Shown here: positions 20,499 through 29,487 of the stretch, in pieces
Layout of the letters: each line of letters opens with the position of its first letter
Numbering within the stretch: the first letter of the stretch is position 1
Source: Desulfotalea psychrophila LSv54
GTDB lineage: Bacteria; Desulfobacterota; Desulfobulbia; Desulfobulbales; Desulfocapsaceae
Length of the DNA: 32,000 nt
Direction of reading: 5' to 3'
NCBI RefSeq assembly: GCF_000025945.1
Contig: NC_006138.1
Span: 120,001-152,000 of the forward strand
Notes under the pieces: generated by a model
The model's database searches: none
Seen by the model: the letters and a program-made list of their open reading frames with translations, nothing else
What the model was told of the DNA's origin: nothing
Made by a program: the position numbers and the translations under genes

Positions 20499-20638
20499 TT
20501 CAGCCAGCCGCTGAAAGTGCATCTCAGCACCGATGCACTCCCTAGCACCCTGCACTGGGAAGTAGGTCATGCAGACAGATAACCCTGCTACCAACAGTTC
20601 CCTTATCTACCCCGTTTTTTTCGACCATAGGAGACATT

Positions 20639-22921
20639 ATGAAGACATCCGTTGACTCTACTGCCACATTTATTGAAAAGGTTTACCAGAGAACCACCGA
20701 ACAGCTCAAAACAGTTCGTGCTCGCCTTAACCGACCTCTGACCTACACCGAAAAAATAATGTATGGTCACCTTGATGATGCAGATAATGCAGAGCTCATC
20801 GCCGGCAAGAGTTATATCAAGACAAGGCCTGACCGCATCGCCTTGCAAGATGCAACCGCCCAGATGGCAGTACTCCAGTTTATGTTGGCTGAAAAGGATG
20901 AAGCTGCAGTACCCGTCACCATCCACTGCGACCACCTTATCCAAGCATACAAGGGCGCGGAGACTGATTTACCCATAGCCAAAACCGAGAACAACGAGGT
21001 CTATAATTTTCTCTCATCGGCCTCGAAACGATACGGCTTTGGCTATTGGCATCCCGGGGCAGGAATTATTCACCAGGTGGTACTGGAAAGATACGCCTTT
21101 CCTGGTCTCATGATGCTTGGCACAGATTCCCACACCCCAAACGCAGGAGGAATGGGAGTCTTTGCCTCGGGTGTTGGCGGCGCTGATGCCGTAGATGTTA
21201 TGGTTGATATGCCCTGGGAGGTACTTCACCCACAGGTTGTCGGAGTCCACCTGAAAGGAAAGCTGCAGGAGTGGAGTTCCCCCAAGGATATTATCCTCAA
21301 ACTCTTGGAAGTACTCACCTGCTCCGGCGGCACCAACCGGGTATTTGAATATTTTGGCGAAGGGGCCGCAAGCATTTCCGCCACCGGCAAGAGTACCATT
21401 TGCAACATGGGTGCTGAACTGGGGGCAACCACCTCCCTCTTCCCCTACGACCAGTCCATGGCAACCTATCTCCAGGCCTGTGGTCGTGGCGAGGTAGCAG
21501 ATCTGGCTAACCAATACCAGACTATACTTCAGGCAGATGACGAGGTACTGACAAATCCCGAGTCCTACTACGATAAGGTTGTGGTCATTGATCTTGATAA
21601 GCTCGTGCCCTATATCGTCGGCCCGCATTCCCCGGATAAGGCCGCTACCGTAGCAGCTCTTGCCGAACAGGTGACAATTAACGGCTACCCGGAGAAGATC
21701 TCCGCCACCCTTATTGGCTCCTGCACCAACTCTTCCTACGAAGATATGGGACGCATTGCAGCCATTGCCGACCAGATTATAGAAGAGGGCGCTCAGCTGA
21801 AGACCCCACTCTATATAACTCCAGGATCGGAACAGGTTCGGGCAACCATTGAAAGGGACGGTATTCTGGAAAAACTCCTCCAGATTGGAGCAATAGTTCT
21901 CACCAATGCCTGTGGCCCATGTATTGGCCAGTGGCGACGAGATGATCAGGTTCCCAATACCCCAAATACAATTGTCAGCTCCTACAATAGAAATTTCCCT
22001 AAACGAAACGATGGCAATCCCGAAACATGCAGTTTCCTTACCAGTCCTGAAACATGTATGGCCTATGCCCTGCATGGCAGCCTGGCGGTTAACCCCTATA
22101 CCACCCCGATAGAGGGCAAGAATGGCCCCTTTCTCCTCAAGACACCGGGAAGAGTTGCCGAGGTGCCCGCCCAGGGCTTTGTCTGCGACCAAGAGGGATT
22201 TCAGGCACCGATCGCCAAGGAGGAGAGGGCAGGAATAAGTGTGGAAATCTCCCCTGATTCTAAACGCCTGGCCAAACTCATCCCCTTTCCTGCTTGGGAT
22301 GGCAAGAACTTTAAAGATCTACGTCTCCTCCTCAAGGCAAAGGGAAAATGTACCACCGATCATATCTCGCCCGCTGGCCCATGGTTACGCTTTCGAGGAC
22401 ATCTTGATAATATTTCAGATAATATGTTTAGTGGTGCTATCAATAGTTTTACCGGTATGGCGGGCAGTGGCATCAACCAGCTAGACGGCAAGGTGGAAGG
22501 ATTTAATCAGATTGCCCGGGCCTACCAAGCGGCAGGTGATAGCTGGCTGGTAGTAGGGGACAATAATTACGGCGAAGGGAGCTCTCGGGAACATGCTGCC
22601 ATGAGCCCTCGACATATGGGTGCCAAGGTCGTCATCTGTAAAGCCTTTGCCCGTATCCATGAGACCAACCTGAAAAAACAAGGGGTTCTGCCCCTCACCT
22701 TTACCAGTAGCAATGATTACCAACTGGTCCAAGACGGCGACAGAATTGATGTCTTAGGGGTAAAAGAGATAGCTCCTGCCAGCGCACTCCAGGCCGTACT
22801 CAAACATAGCGATGGCAGCAGCGACAGAGTCGAACTCCAGCATTCACTGAACCAGGAGCAGATAAGCTGGTTTAAGGCGGGATCTGCCCTCAACTACCTG
22901 CGTCACGAGCTGAACGAATAG
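20639..22921 (+). CDS. Aconitate hydratase, mitochondrial-like type
   Basis: 760 aa. IALQDATAQMA, MLGTDSHTPNAGGMGVFASGVGGADAVDVM, IGSCTNSSYEDMGRIA, TNACGPCIGQW, FLTSPETCMAYALHGSLAVNP, TTDHISPAGPWLRFRGHLDNIS, YGEGSSREHAAMSPRH. Confidence 0.96.
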   Translation: MKTSVDSTATFIEKVYQRTTEQLKTVRARLNRPLTYTEKIMYGHLDDADNAELIAGKSYIKTRPDRIALQDATAQMAVLQFMLAEKDEAAVPVTIHCDHLIQAYKGAETDLPIAKTENNEVYNFLSSASKRYGFGYWHPGAGIIHQVVLERYAFPGLMMLGTDSHTPNAGGMGVFASGVGGADAVDVMVDMPWEVLHPQVVGVHLKGKLQEWSSPKDIILKLLEVLTCSGGTNRVFEYFGEGAASISATGKSTICNMGAELGATTSLFPYDQSMATYLQACGRGEVADLANQYQTILQADDEVLTNPESYYDKVVVIDLDKLVPYIVGPHSPDKAATVAALAEQVTINGYPEKISATLIGSCTNSSYEDMGRIAAIADQIIEEGAQLKTPLYITPGSEQVRATIERDGILEKLLQIGAIVLTNACGPCIGQWRRDDQVPNTPNTIVSSYNRNFPKRNDGNPETCSFLTSPETCMAYALHGSLAVNPYTTPIEGKNGPFLLKTPGRVAEVPAQGFVCDQEGFQAPIAKEERAGISVEISPDSKRLAKLIPFPAWDGKNFKDLRLLLKAKGKCTTDHISPAGPWLRFRGHLDNISDNMFSGAINSFTGMAGSGINQLDGKVEGFNQIARAYQAAGDSWLVVGDNNYGEGSSREHAAMSPRHMGAKVVICKAFARIHETNLKKQGVLPLTFTSSNDYQLVQDGDRIDVLGVKEIAPASALQAVLKHSDGSSDRVELQHSLNQEQISWFKAGSALNYLRHELNE

Positions 22922-23020
22922 CAAGCTTGCACAAAGCTCTTTTCTTCTAATCTCTGCCTCGCAGTCGTGGCTTAGCTGATATTTATTAAAAAATACCAAT
23001 TTTTCAATAAATATCAACGG

Positions 23021-23055
23021 GTAAGAGATAGCCTACACAGCAGGCTATCTCTTAC
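23021..23055 (+). terminator. Intrinsic terminator downstream of the aconitase gene
   Basis: GTAAGAGATAGCCT (23021-23034), 7-nt loop, AGGCTATCTCTTAC (23042-23055): perfect 14-bp stem followed by TATTTTTCTTTC. Confidence 0.9.
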
Positions 23056-23100
23056 TATTTTTCTTTCATGAAAAAATAACCATCAAGCATCTGGATATAT

Positions 23101-24414
23101 ATGAAAAATGCACCACGGCAAATTATTACCAGCCACATAAACACAGATTTTGATGCCCTAGCCTCTATAATTGGCGCCACCCTCCTCTACCCCGGTAGCA
23201 TCGGAGTGGTGCCCAAGATGGTGAATAAAAACGTCAGTCGTTTTCTCTCCACCCATAAGAGTGCCTTTGACCTCATCCTGCCCAATGAAATAGACCCGGA
23301 AAAGGTAGAAAAGCTGATCGTCGTCGATACCGATCAATGGCAGCGACTTGATCGGATGGAAAAGCTCCGGGAGCGGAATATCGAAATTGAGGTTTGGGAC
23401 CACCACATTCATAATATAGGAAACATCGAAGCAGGGGTTATCCGTAAGGAGAATGTCGGAGCAACTATCACCCTGCTCTGCCGCGAAATGCAGGCACGCA
23501 AAATCACCCTTTCCCCCCTGCAATCAACGGTAATGCTGATTGGCCTCTACGAAGATACCGGCCGCCTCTCCTTTCCCGCCACCACGCCAGAAGATGCCAT
23601 GACAGCCGCCTATCTGTTAAAAAACGGGGCCGACCTCAATGTCGCCAGTTTTTTCCTGGCCCCACCCTACGAGGAAGAGCAAAAAGATATTCTCTTTGAG
23701 ATGCTCAAAAGCACCGAGAAGGAGCATATTAACGGCAGGAAGATTGGTTTCAATATCGTCCACCTCAAAAAGGTGACACCCAATCTAGCAGGTGTTGTCA
23801 GCAGTTACAGAGGATTCATCAACGTTGCCGCAGTATTTGTCATCTTCGTCAGCGACTCATACTGCACGGTCATTGCCCGTAGTGGCAGTAAGGCAATTGA
23901 TGTCGGCCTCATCCTTCAGGAGTTCGGAGGGGGAGGACATCCCGGGGCAGGATCAGCAACTATCAGAGGCGAGGACTGTGATGGAAAGAAGATACGAAGC
24001 ATCATTCGGGAAAAGCTAAAAAACAACTCAAACCATCATGTCCAGATTGCGGACATAATGTCTTTCCCCGTTGTCTCTGTACCACCAACCATGCCCATGC
24101 GAAAGGTGCGGGAGATAATGGATGAGAAAAACATTCGGGGCATCATTGTTGCCGAAGATGATCAGATTGAAGGGGTTGTTGTCCTCTGTGATTTCAAAAA
24201 GATTAAAAAAGAAAACCAATGGAACAGTCCGGTAAAGGCATTTATGACCCGTGGAGTCACCACCATTACCCCAGACACTCCACCCTCAATTGCAGCCGAG
24301 ATAATGAGCGATCAGGGTATTGGCTATCTACCCGTTGTCCATGAGAATAAAATGATCGGTATTGTTACCAGAACAGATGTAATCAGATATATCTATGGCC
24401 TGGTACCAGAATAG
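23101..24414 (+). CDS. DHH-family phosphoesterase with DHHA1 and two CBS domains
   Basis: 437 aa. SHINTDFDALASIIGA, VVDTDQW, EVWDHHIHN, DHHA1 EFGGGGHPGAGSATI, then CBS repeats ADIMSFPVVSVPPTMPMRKVREIM... and VKAFMTRGVTTITPDTPPSIAAEIMSDQGIGYLPVVHENKMIGIVTRTDV. Confidence 0.92.
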   Translation: MKNAPRQIITSHINTDFDALASIIGATLLYPGSIGVVPKMVNKNVSRFLSTHKSAFDLILPNEIDPEKVEKLIVVDTDQWQRLDRMEKLRERNIEIEVWDHHIHNIGNIEAGVIRKENVGATITLLCREMQARKITLSPLQSTVMLIGLYEDTGRLSFPATTPEDAMTAAYLLKNGADLNVASFFLAPPYEEEQKDILFEMLKSTEKEHINGRKIGFNIVHLKKVTPNLAGVVSSYRGFINVAAVFVIFVSDSYCTVIARSGSKAIDVGLILQEFGGGGHPGAGSATIRGEDCDGKKIRSIIREKLKNNSNHHVQIADIMSFPVVSVPPTMPMRKVREIMDEKNIRGIIVAEDDQIEGVVVLCDFKKIKKENQWNSPVKAFMTRGVTTITPDTPPSIAAEIMSDQGIGYLPVVHENKMIGIVTRTDVIRYIYGLVPE

Positions 24415-24415
24415 G

Positions 24416-24437
24416 GAGAGGCACTCAAGTGCCCCTC
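24416..24437. terminator. Possible short convergent terminator between DHH-CBS and lon
   Basis: GAG-a-GGCAC-TCAA-GTGCC-c-CTC hairpin (1x1 mismatch) between the two convergent stops. No strong T tract. Confidence 0.4.
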
Positions 24438-24445
24438 CTCTGAAC

Positions 24446-26872
24446 CTACTTAAAGCAAATTTTCAAAACATCTTCGAAAGTTTCCACAAACTTAGCAGAA
24501 AGGTCCTCTTTGATATAATCCGGTAACATATCAAAATCTTCCTCATTTTCCTTGGGCAGTATCACCTGCTTGACATGGGCCCTCCGAGCAGCAATCATCT
24601 TCTCCTTCACCCCGCCAATGGGCATAACAAGTCCTGTCAGAGTAAGTTCCCCTGTCATTGCCACTCCGGGCACGATGGTCTTTCCCGTTGCCATGGAGTA
24701 GAGGGAGCAGGCCATGGTGATGCCGGCAGATGGCCCATCCTTAGGCGTTGCTCCCGCCGGTACATGAAGATGAATAAAGTTTTTATTAAAAAACTTCACC
24801 GCAGCAGAATCATCCCCCAAGAGAAAACGAATATAACTATAGGCAATTTCAGAAGATTCAATCATGACCTTGCCCAGTTGGCCTGTTTGCTTAAAACCGC
24901 TATCCCCCGTGGGCACAGCAAGAGACTCTATATAGAGGGTCGTCCCCCCCATGTTCGTATAGGCAAGGCCTGTGATTACTCCCACCCGCGGAGTGCTATA
25001 AACCTGCTCCTCGGCAAAGAGACGTCTACCCAAAAGTCCCCGGAGATCACGCTTACGAATACGTACCTTCTCCAAACCACCGGCTAAATGAGAGGTAATC
25101 GTCTTACGCAAAATCTTTCTTATACAGGTCTCCAAGCCACGCACACCTGCCTCACGAGCATAGCCTTCTACGATGGCAGTTAAAACAGGGTTTGAAATAA
25201 TAATCTGGGAGGGACGCAAACCATGATGTTTCATCTGACGAGGAATAAGATGCTTTCTGGCAATGGCTATCTTCTCTGCCAAAATATAACCGGGAAGCTC
25301 TATACGCTCCATACGATCAAGAAGGGCCGGAGGAATAGTATCCAATAGATTTGCTGTACAGATAAACAGAACCTTAGAGAGGTCAAAGCGTACATCAAGA
25401 TAATGATCCAAAAAATCACTGTTTTGCTCAGGATCAAGCACCTCCAGCAGAGCCGAGGCAGGATCACCACGAAAACTGGCTCCGATCTTATCTATCTCAT
25501 CGAGCATAATAAGCGGATTAGCAGACTTACAACTCTTGATAGCCTGAATAACCTTACCTGGCATAGCGCCAATATATGTTCTTCTATGACCCTTTATCTC
25601 CGCCTCATCCCGCATCCCACCAAGGGAAAAACGAAAAAATTTGCGGCCAAGACTTCGGGCAATGGACTGCCCCACCGATGTCTTTCCTACCCCCGGGGGA
25701 CCGGTAAGGAGAAGAATGGTACCGGTTAACTCTCCCTTAATGGAACCCACCGAGATAAGTTCAATAATGCGATCCTTCACATCATCAAGGCCATGGTGAT
25801 CATCATCAAGAATCTTCCGGGCCTTTTTGACACTGTAATTGTCCTTCGTGTAAACACCCCATGGCATCATAGTAAGCCAATCAAGATAGGTTCGACTGAC
25901 GTTAAACTCTGGAGAAGATGGCCCCAAGAGCCTGATTTTTTCCAGTTCTTCATCTATTCTTTCCTGAGCCTCTTCAGGGAGATGAAGATCTTTTATCCGG
26001 TTTTCGTATTTTTCCATCTCCGTCTGGGTATCATCTTTGGTCAGACCCAACTCTTTTTTAATCTCTTGCAACTGCTGTTTCAAAAAAAACTCTCGCTGTT
26101 GCTTGGAGAGTTGCTCCTCAATCCTTGAGGAAATCTTCACCTTAAGCTTTGATATTTCCAATTCCTTCTTAATAAGGACAAGGGCAAGCTCTATTCGTTT
26201 GCGAACACTACGGGTGGCGAGAACCTTTTGAATTTCAGGTCCAGACGAAGTTGTCATTGCCGCAGAAAAATCCGCAAGGGAGCCCGGCTCATGCAAGTTT
26301 ATTCGCTCAATCAATAAGGATAATCCTTCCCGAAAAATCGGGTTCAGATGGACAAGCTCCTTAATACTATCAATAATTGCCGTTGAGTAAGCCTTAAGCT
26401 CATCAGTAACTTTTATTTTTTCTTCTTGCCAATACTTAACCTCTACCTGGAAGAGCGGCTCTTTTTTGATGAGCTTAACAACATCGAAGCGAGCCTTAAT
26501 CTCTACAATAAACTGCAGAGGCTCACCAATGGTAAGGGGAGAAATTTGTATCACCTTGGCGACCACCCCCACATCATAAAAATCATCCGCCGACTCAGGT
26601 GCCTTGACCTGACCATCCGGATCCTGCCTCGTTAAGAGAAGAGCAAAAAACAGAGGTACTTTTTTATCCTTTTGGCTAAGGATGAATTTTTGCAAACGCA
26701 TATCTTCAATAATAATCGGCCCCATCATCTTAGGAAACATGGGCCTTTCATAGAGAGGGATGACCATCAACATCTCTGGCAATATATCTTCCATACGGGC
26801 AGGGAATTGCAGATCATCATGATCTGGATTTTCCACACCATCTGGGGTCAAAATCGTAGGTTCTTCCGCCAT
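24446..26872 (-). CDS. lon: Endopeptidase La (Lon, S16)
   Basis: 808 aa. Walker [19 protein letters not shown]; [26 protein letters not shown]; catalytic [12 protein letters not shown]; [21 protein letters not shown]. Confidence 0.97.
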
Positions 26873-27052
26873 GAGTTCTCCTTTGCAATCTATGCGACAG
26901 GAAGAGATATTCGTCTTTTCAGCAAAATCCCCCCTGTCTTTTATAGAACAATCTGTTTTGAATACCTTATAGCCTGATTCAATTCTCCACTCTTATTAAG
27001 AAAATATCAAAAAGAAAATGGCACAGATGCGACAGCATGGTCAAAAAAAATA

Positions 27053-27901
27053 TCAATCGGATAAAGTGGCTTGCAAAAGTTTTTCCAAGGATGGCTTTTT
27101 CTGAAAGAGAAGCTCTTTAAAGAGATCCGCACAGACATGTTGTGGATTGTTTCTTAAAAAATCGTAGGCTTTAACATAATTACGCTGGACGAAGACCTGA
27201 ACCATCTCATCTATTTTAGGATGATCCGGAGCCACTTCAAGAATAAAGATGATGGCATTAGGGGTCAGATGAACAATCTTGTCGCTCTCCTTAATTGCAT
27301 AAATACCCTCAAATATGGTTGCAACCTGAGGGTGCCCCAGCTCCTCCTGAAGGAGAAGAACGGCAATATTGGGATGAGAGTGAAACATCTCTTGAATAAG
27401 AGCTGCTGCATGTGGACTTTCCGGCTGATCCTGAATAAAATCATAGGCACAGGCAATGTCTATGGAGGCAAGATCCCTTGCCAGGGCTGAGCTCAAGGGA
27501 TGATCGGGCATTGTCTGCAAAATATAGGCAATAACAGTTGATGACAATTCGTTTACATAATCTTCTTCAAGCTTATACATCCCTTCAATAATAGAGGAGG
27601 CGCCCTTATGATCCGGCATCCTCTCAAGCAACCTTACGGCACTGTCATAGTTCAAGCCCTTCATAGACTGAGTGGTCGTTGCATACATCTGGTTTAATAA
27701 AATTTCCGCCTGAGCTGAATCTGGATAATTATCAATAAAATCAAAGGCCCGGGCAAAATCCCAACCGGTTATCTGGCCCGGCTTAGACTTAACTGCCTCA
27801 AAATCATCAAGAATTTTCTGTTCCGCAGCTGTCACAGGCTGAGTCGACTGCTTATCTTCTGCCTTACTACCACCCCAAAGATTCCACATCATATTAACCA
27901 T
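27053..27901 (-). CDS. Hypothetical alpha-solenoid-like repeat protein
   Basis: 282 aa. Seven recurrences of a unit of the form A(x)FI....P[DE][SH]..A..L...M (see finding). No known family assigned. Confidence 0.72.
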   Translation of the reverse strand: MVNMMWNLWGGSKAEDKQSTQPVTAAEQKILDDFEAVKSKPGQITGWDFARAFDFIDNYPDSAQAEILLNQMYATTTQSMKGLNYDSAVRLLERMPDHKGASSIIEGMYKLEEDYVNELSSTVIAYILQTMPDHPLSSALARDLASIDIACAYDFIQDQPESPHAAALIQEMFHSHPNIAVLLLQEELGHPQVATIFEGIYAIKESDKIVHLTPNAIIFILEVAPDHPKIDEMVQVFVQRNYVKAYDFLRNNPQHVCADLFKELLFQKKPSLEKLLQATLSD

Positions 27902-28034
27902 CCTTGTTATGAATAATCCCTGCCAACCATTAAAATGACTGACACTTAAACACGGTAAAGCTACCTTTCCAGAAAAGTTCAGTATACCTCAACAGAGAAT
28001 AGTTAACCAAATTTTTTTAAATAAAAAAGACGCC

Positions 28035-28898
28035 TCAGCAATCAATATTACTAAGAATTTTCAGTGATATGGCACTAGCATCATCGTGCTTCTTAAACCT
28101 GGGCCAGGAGATACAGTCGGGATCACTGTTCTGCCACGAACGGACATCTTCACGAAGGGCGGCAAGACCGCCATTCTGATAGGCTTTGACCATTTTCCCA
28201 AGTCCGCTCTGCCCCTCACCGGGGAGCAACAGGCCATCGGAAAAGAGAAGCATGTCGACAATACCGGCACGGGGTTCAAGACCTGTCTGCAAAAAGCCCA
28301 AAGCCCTCTCCTCCCCTGTCAAGACACCATAATCAATATTCATGCGCCGACGAACCTCGATAATTTGTTGACGCATTCTGGGATGTTTCCGGGAAGTGGA
28401 CAAGCCGCCAAGAGACTCCATCAACGCCAGAGTCTGCCTGTCATGATCCTCAACCCTGTTTATCTGCCGATAGGAACCATCTCCATAAATAAAGAGCAGT
28501 CGACAATCGCCAAGGGCACACCACTCTATACTGTTTCTATGAATTTTAATAACGGCAAGGCTGGTAGCCCATAGATTTTCACCAAGAGAGCGATCCACCC
28601 CCTCTTGCTCCATCTTTTGCCATATAGCCCTATTGGCAACCGTCGCGCGCATGGCAAGAGTTCCCTTCCCCCTGGCAAAGGTTTCTGCTGCAAGGTCCGC
28701 AGCTATCCTCCCACCGGTGCTACCACTGTACTTACAGGAAACCAAACTTGTGGAGCCATCGTAGACGCCAAAAACATCGGCTGTGATAGAAAGAGAATCC
28801 TCGTTAACAGCACTACTGCCCTGCTCTAGCAGGCTCTCCACAAAATAATCTTCAGTATAAGAAACTGGTTCCTGCAGTGACGTCTGTAGAGAGCACAT
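28035..28898 (-). CDS. PP2C-like serine/threonine phosphatase
   Basis: 287 aa. NEDSLSITADVFGVYDGSTSL, WCALGDCRLLFIYGDG, DMLLFSDGLLLP, KHDDASAISLK. These match the PP2C motif order. Confidence 0.75.
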   Translation of the reverse strand: MCSLQTSLQEPVSYTEDYFVESLLEQGSSAVNEDSLSITADVFGVYDGSTSLVSCKYSGSTGGRIAADLAAETFARGKGTLAMRATVANRAIWQKMEQEGVDRSLGENLWATSLAVIKIHRNSIEWCALGDCRLLFIYGDGSYRQINRVEDHDRQTLALMESLGGLSTSRKHPRMRQQIIEVRRRMNIDYGVLTGEERALGFLQTGLEPRAGIVDMLLFSDGLLLPGEGQSGLGKMVKAYQNGGLAALREDVRSWQNSDPDCISWPRFKKHDDASAISLKILSNIDC

Positions 28899-29058
28899 AG
28901 TCTATCTATTCCCCTGATGGTGAGTTGTTATAAGTAAAAAGCGCATTACTCCTTCTACAATAAAAAGCCCAGGGGAATAAGGCCAATCCCTTTTTCCGAT
29001 ACTCTCTCCTCAACTCATCCAATTTGCTGATAAGCCCTCTTTTGTGAGAACAAAAAGA

Positions 29059-29100
29059 TTGACAAGAACAGGGAAAAAACTATATATGAACATATATTCA
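29059..29100 (+). promoter_or_regulatory. Sigma-70-like promoter overlapped by an SmtB/ArsR-type operator
   Basis: Perfect -35 TTGACA (29059-29064), TATATA-type -10 at about 29081-29086 (16-nt spacer), and the near-palindrome TGAACA-TA-TATTCA (29087-29100) inside ATATATGAACATATATTCACATATA. SD AGGAGG at 29111. Confidence 0.82.
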
Positions 29101-29126
29101 CATATAACAAAGGAGGGACAATTATA

Positions 29127-29477
29127 ATGGCCGCAGACAAATGCGACACAAGAATCATTCACGCTGAGCGGGTAGCAAAAGCCCACAAAACAGCGATACA
29201 AGGAGAAGAGGCAGAGACCCTCTCTCAATTTTTCAAGGTGTTTAGTGACCCTGGAAGGTTACGGATTTTATCTGCCCTCCGCCATCAGGAGATGTGCGTC
29301 TGTGACCTCGCTGCCTTTTTACAGGGTTCAGAATCAGCAGTAAGCCATCAGCTTCGCCTGCTGCGCACCATGAACCTGGTGAAAAATCGCCGAGAAGGTA
29401 CTGTCCTCTACTACCGTCTCACGGATAAACATGTAGACGAAATCATTGTCACTGGACTAACTCACATCAAAGAATAA
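29127..29477 (+). CDS. ArsR/SmtB-family metal-sensing repressor
   Basis: 116 aa. FFKVFSDPGRLRILSALRHQEMCVCDLAAFLQGSESAVSHQLRLLRTMNLVKNRREGTVLYYRL; alpha5 DKH...THIKE fits SmtB DxHx10HxxE; alpha3 has CVCDL. Confidence 0.94.
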   Translation: MAADKCDTRIIHAERVAKAHKTAIQGEEAETLSQFFKVFSDPGRLRILSALRHQEMCVCDLAAFLQGSESAVSHQLRLLRTMNLVKNRREGTVLYYRLTDKHVDEIIVTGLTHIKE

Positions 29478-29487
29478 GGAAGATATC

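Noticed and set aside
21014-22192. 392-aa minus-strand ORF antisense to aconitase
   Set aside because: It lies entirely within a highly conserved aconitase gene, has no recognisable motif, and has Gly/Cys-rich composition typical of shadow ORFs in biased coding DNA.
24575-26977. Multiple plus-strand ORFs opposite lon
   Set aside because: Antisense to a complete Lon reading frame, with no recognisable protein features.
28086-28574. 162-aa plus ORF opposite the PP2C-like gene
   Set aside because: Fully antisense to a gene with phosphatase motifs in order; the predicted peptide looks random.
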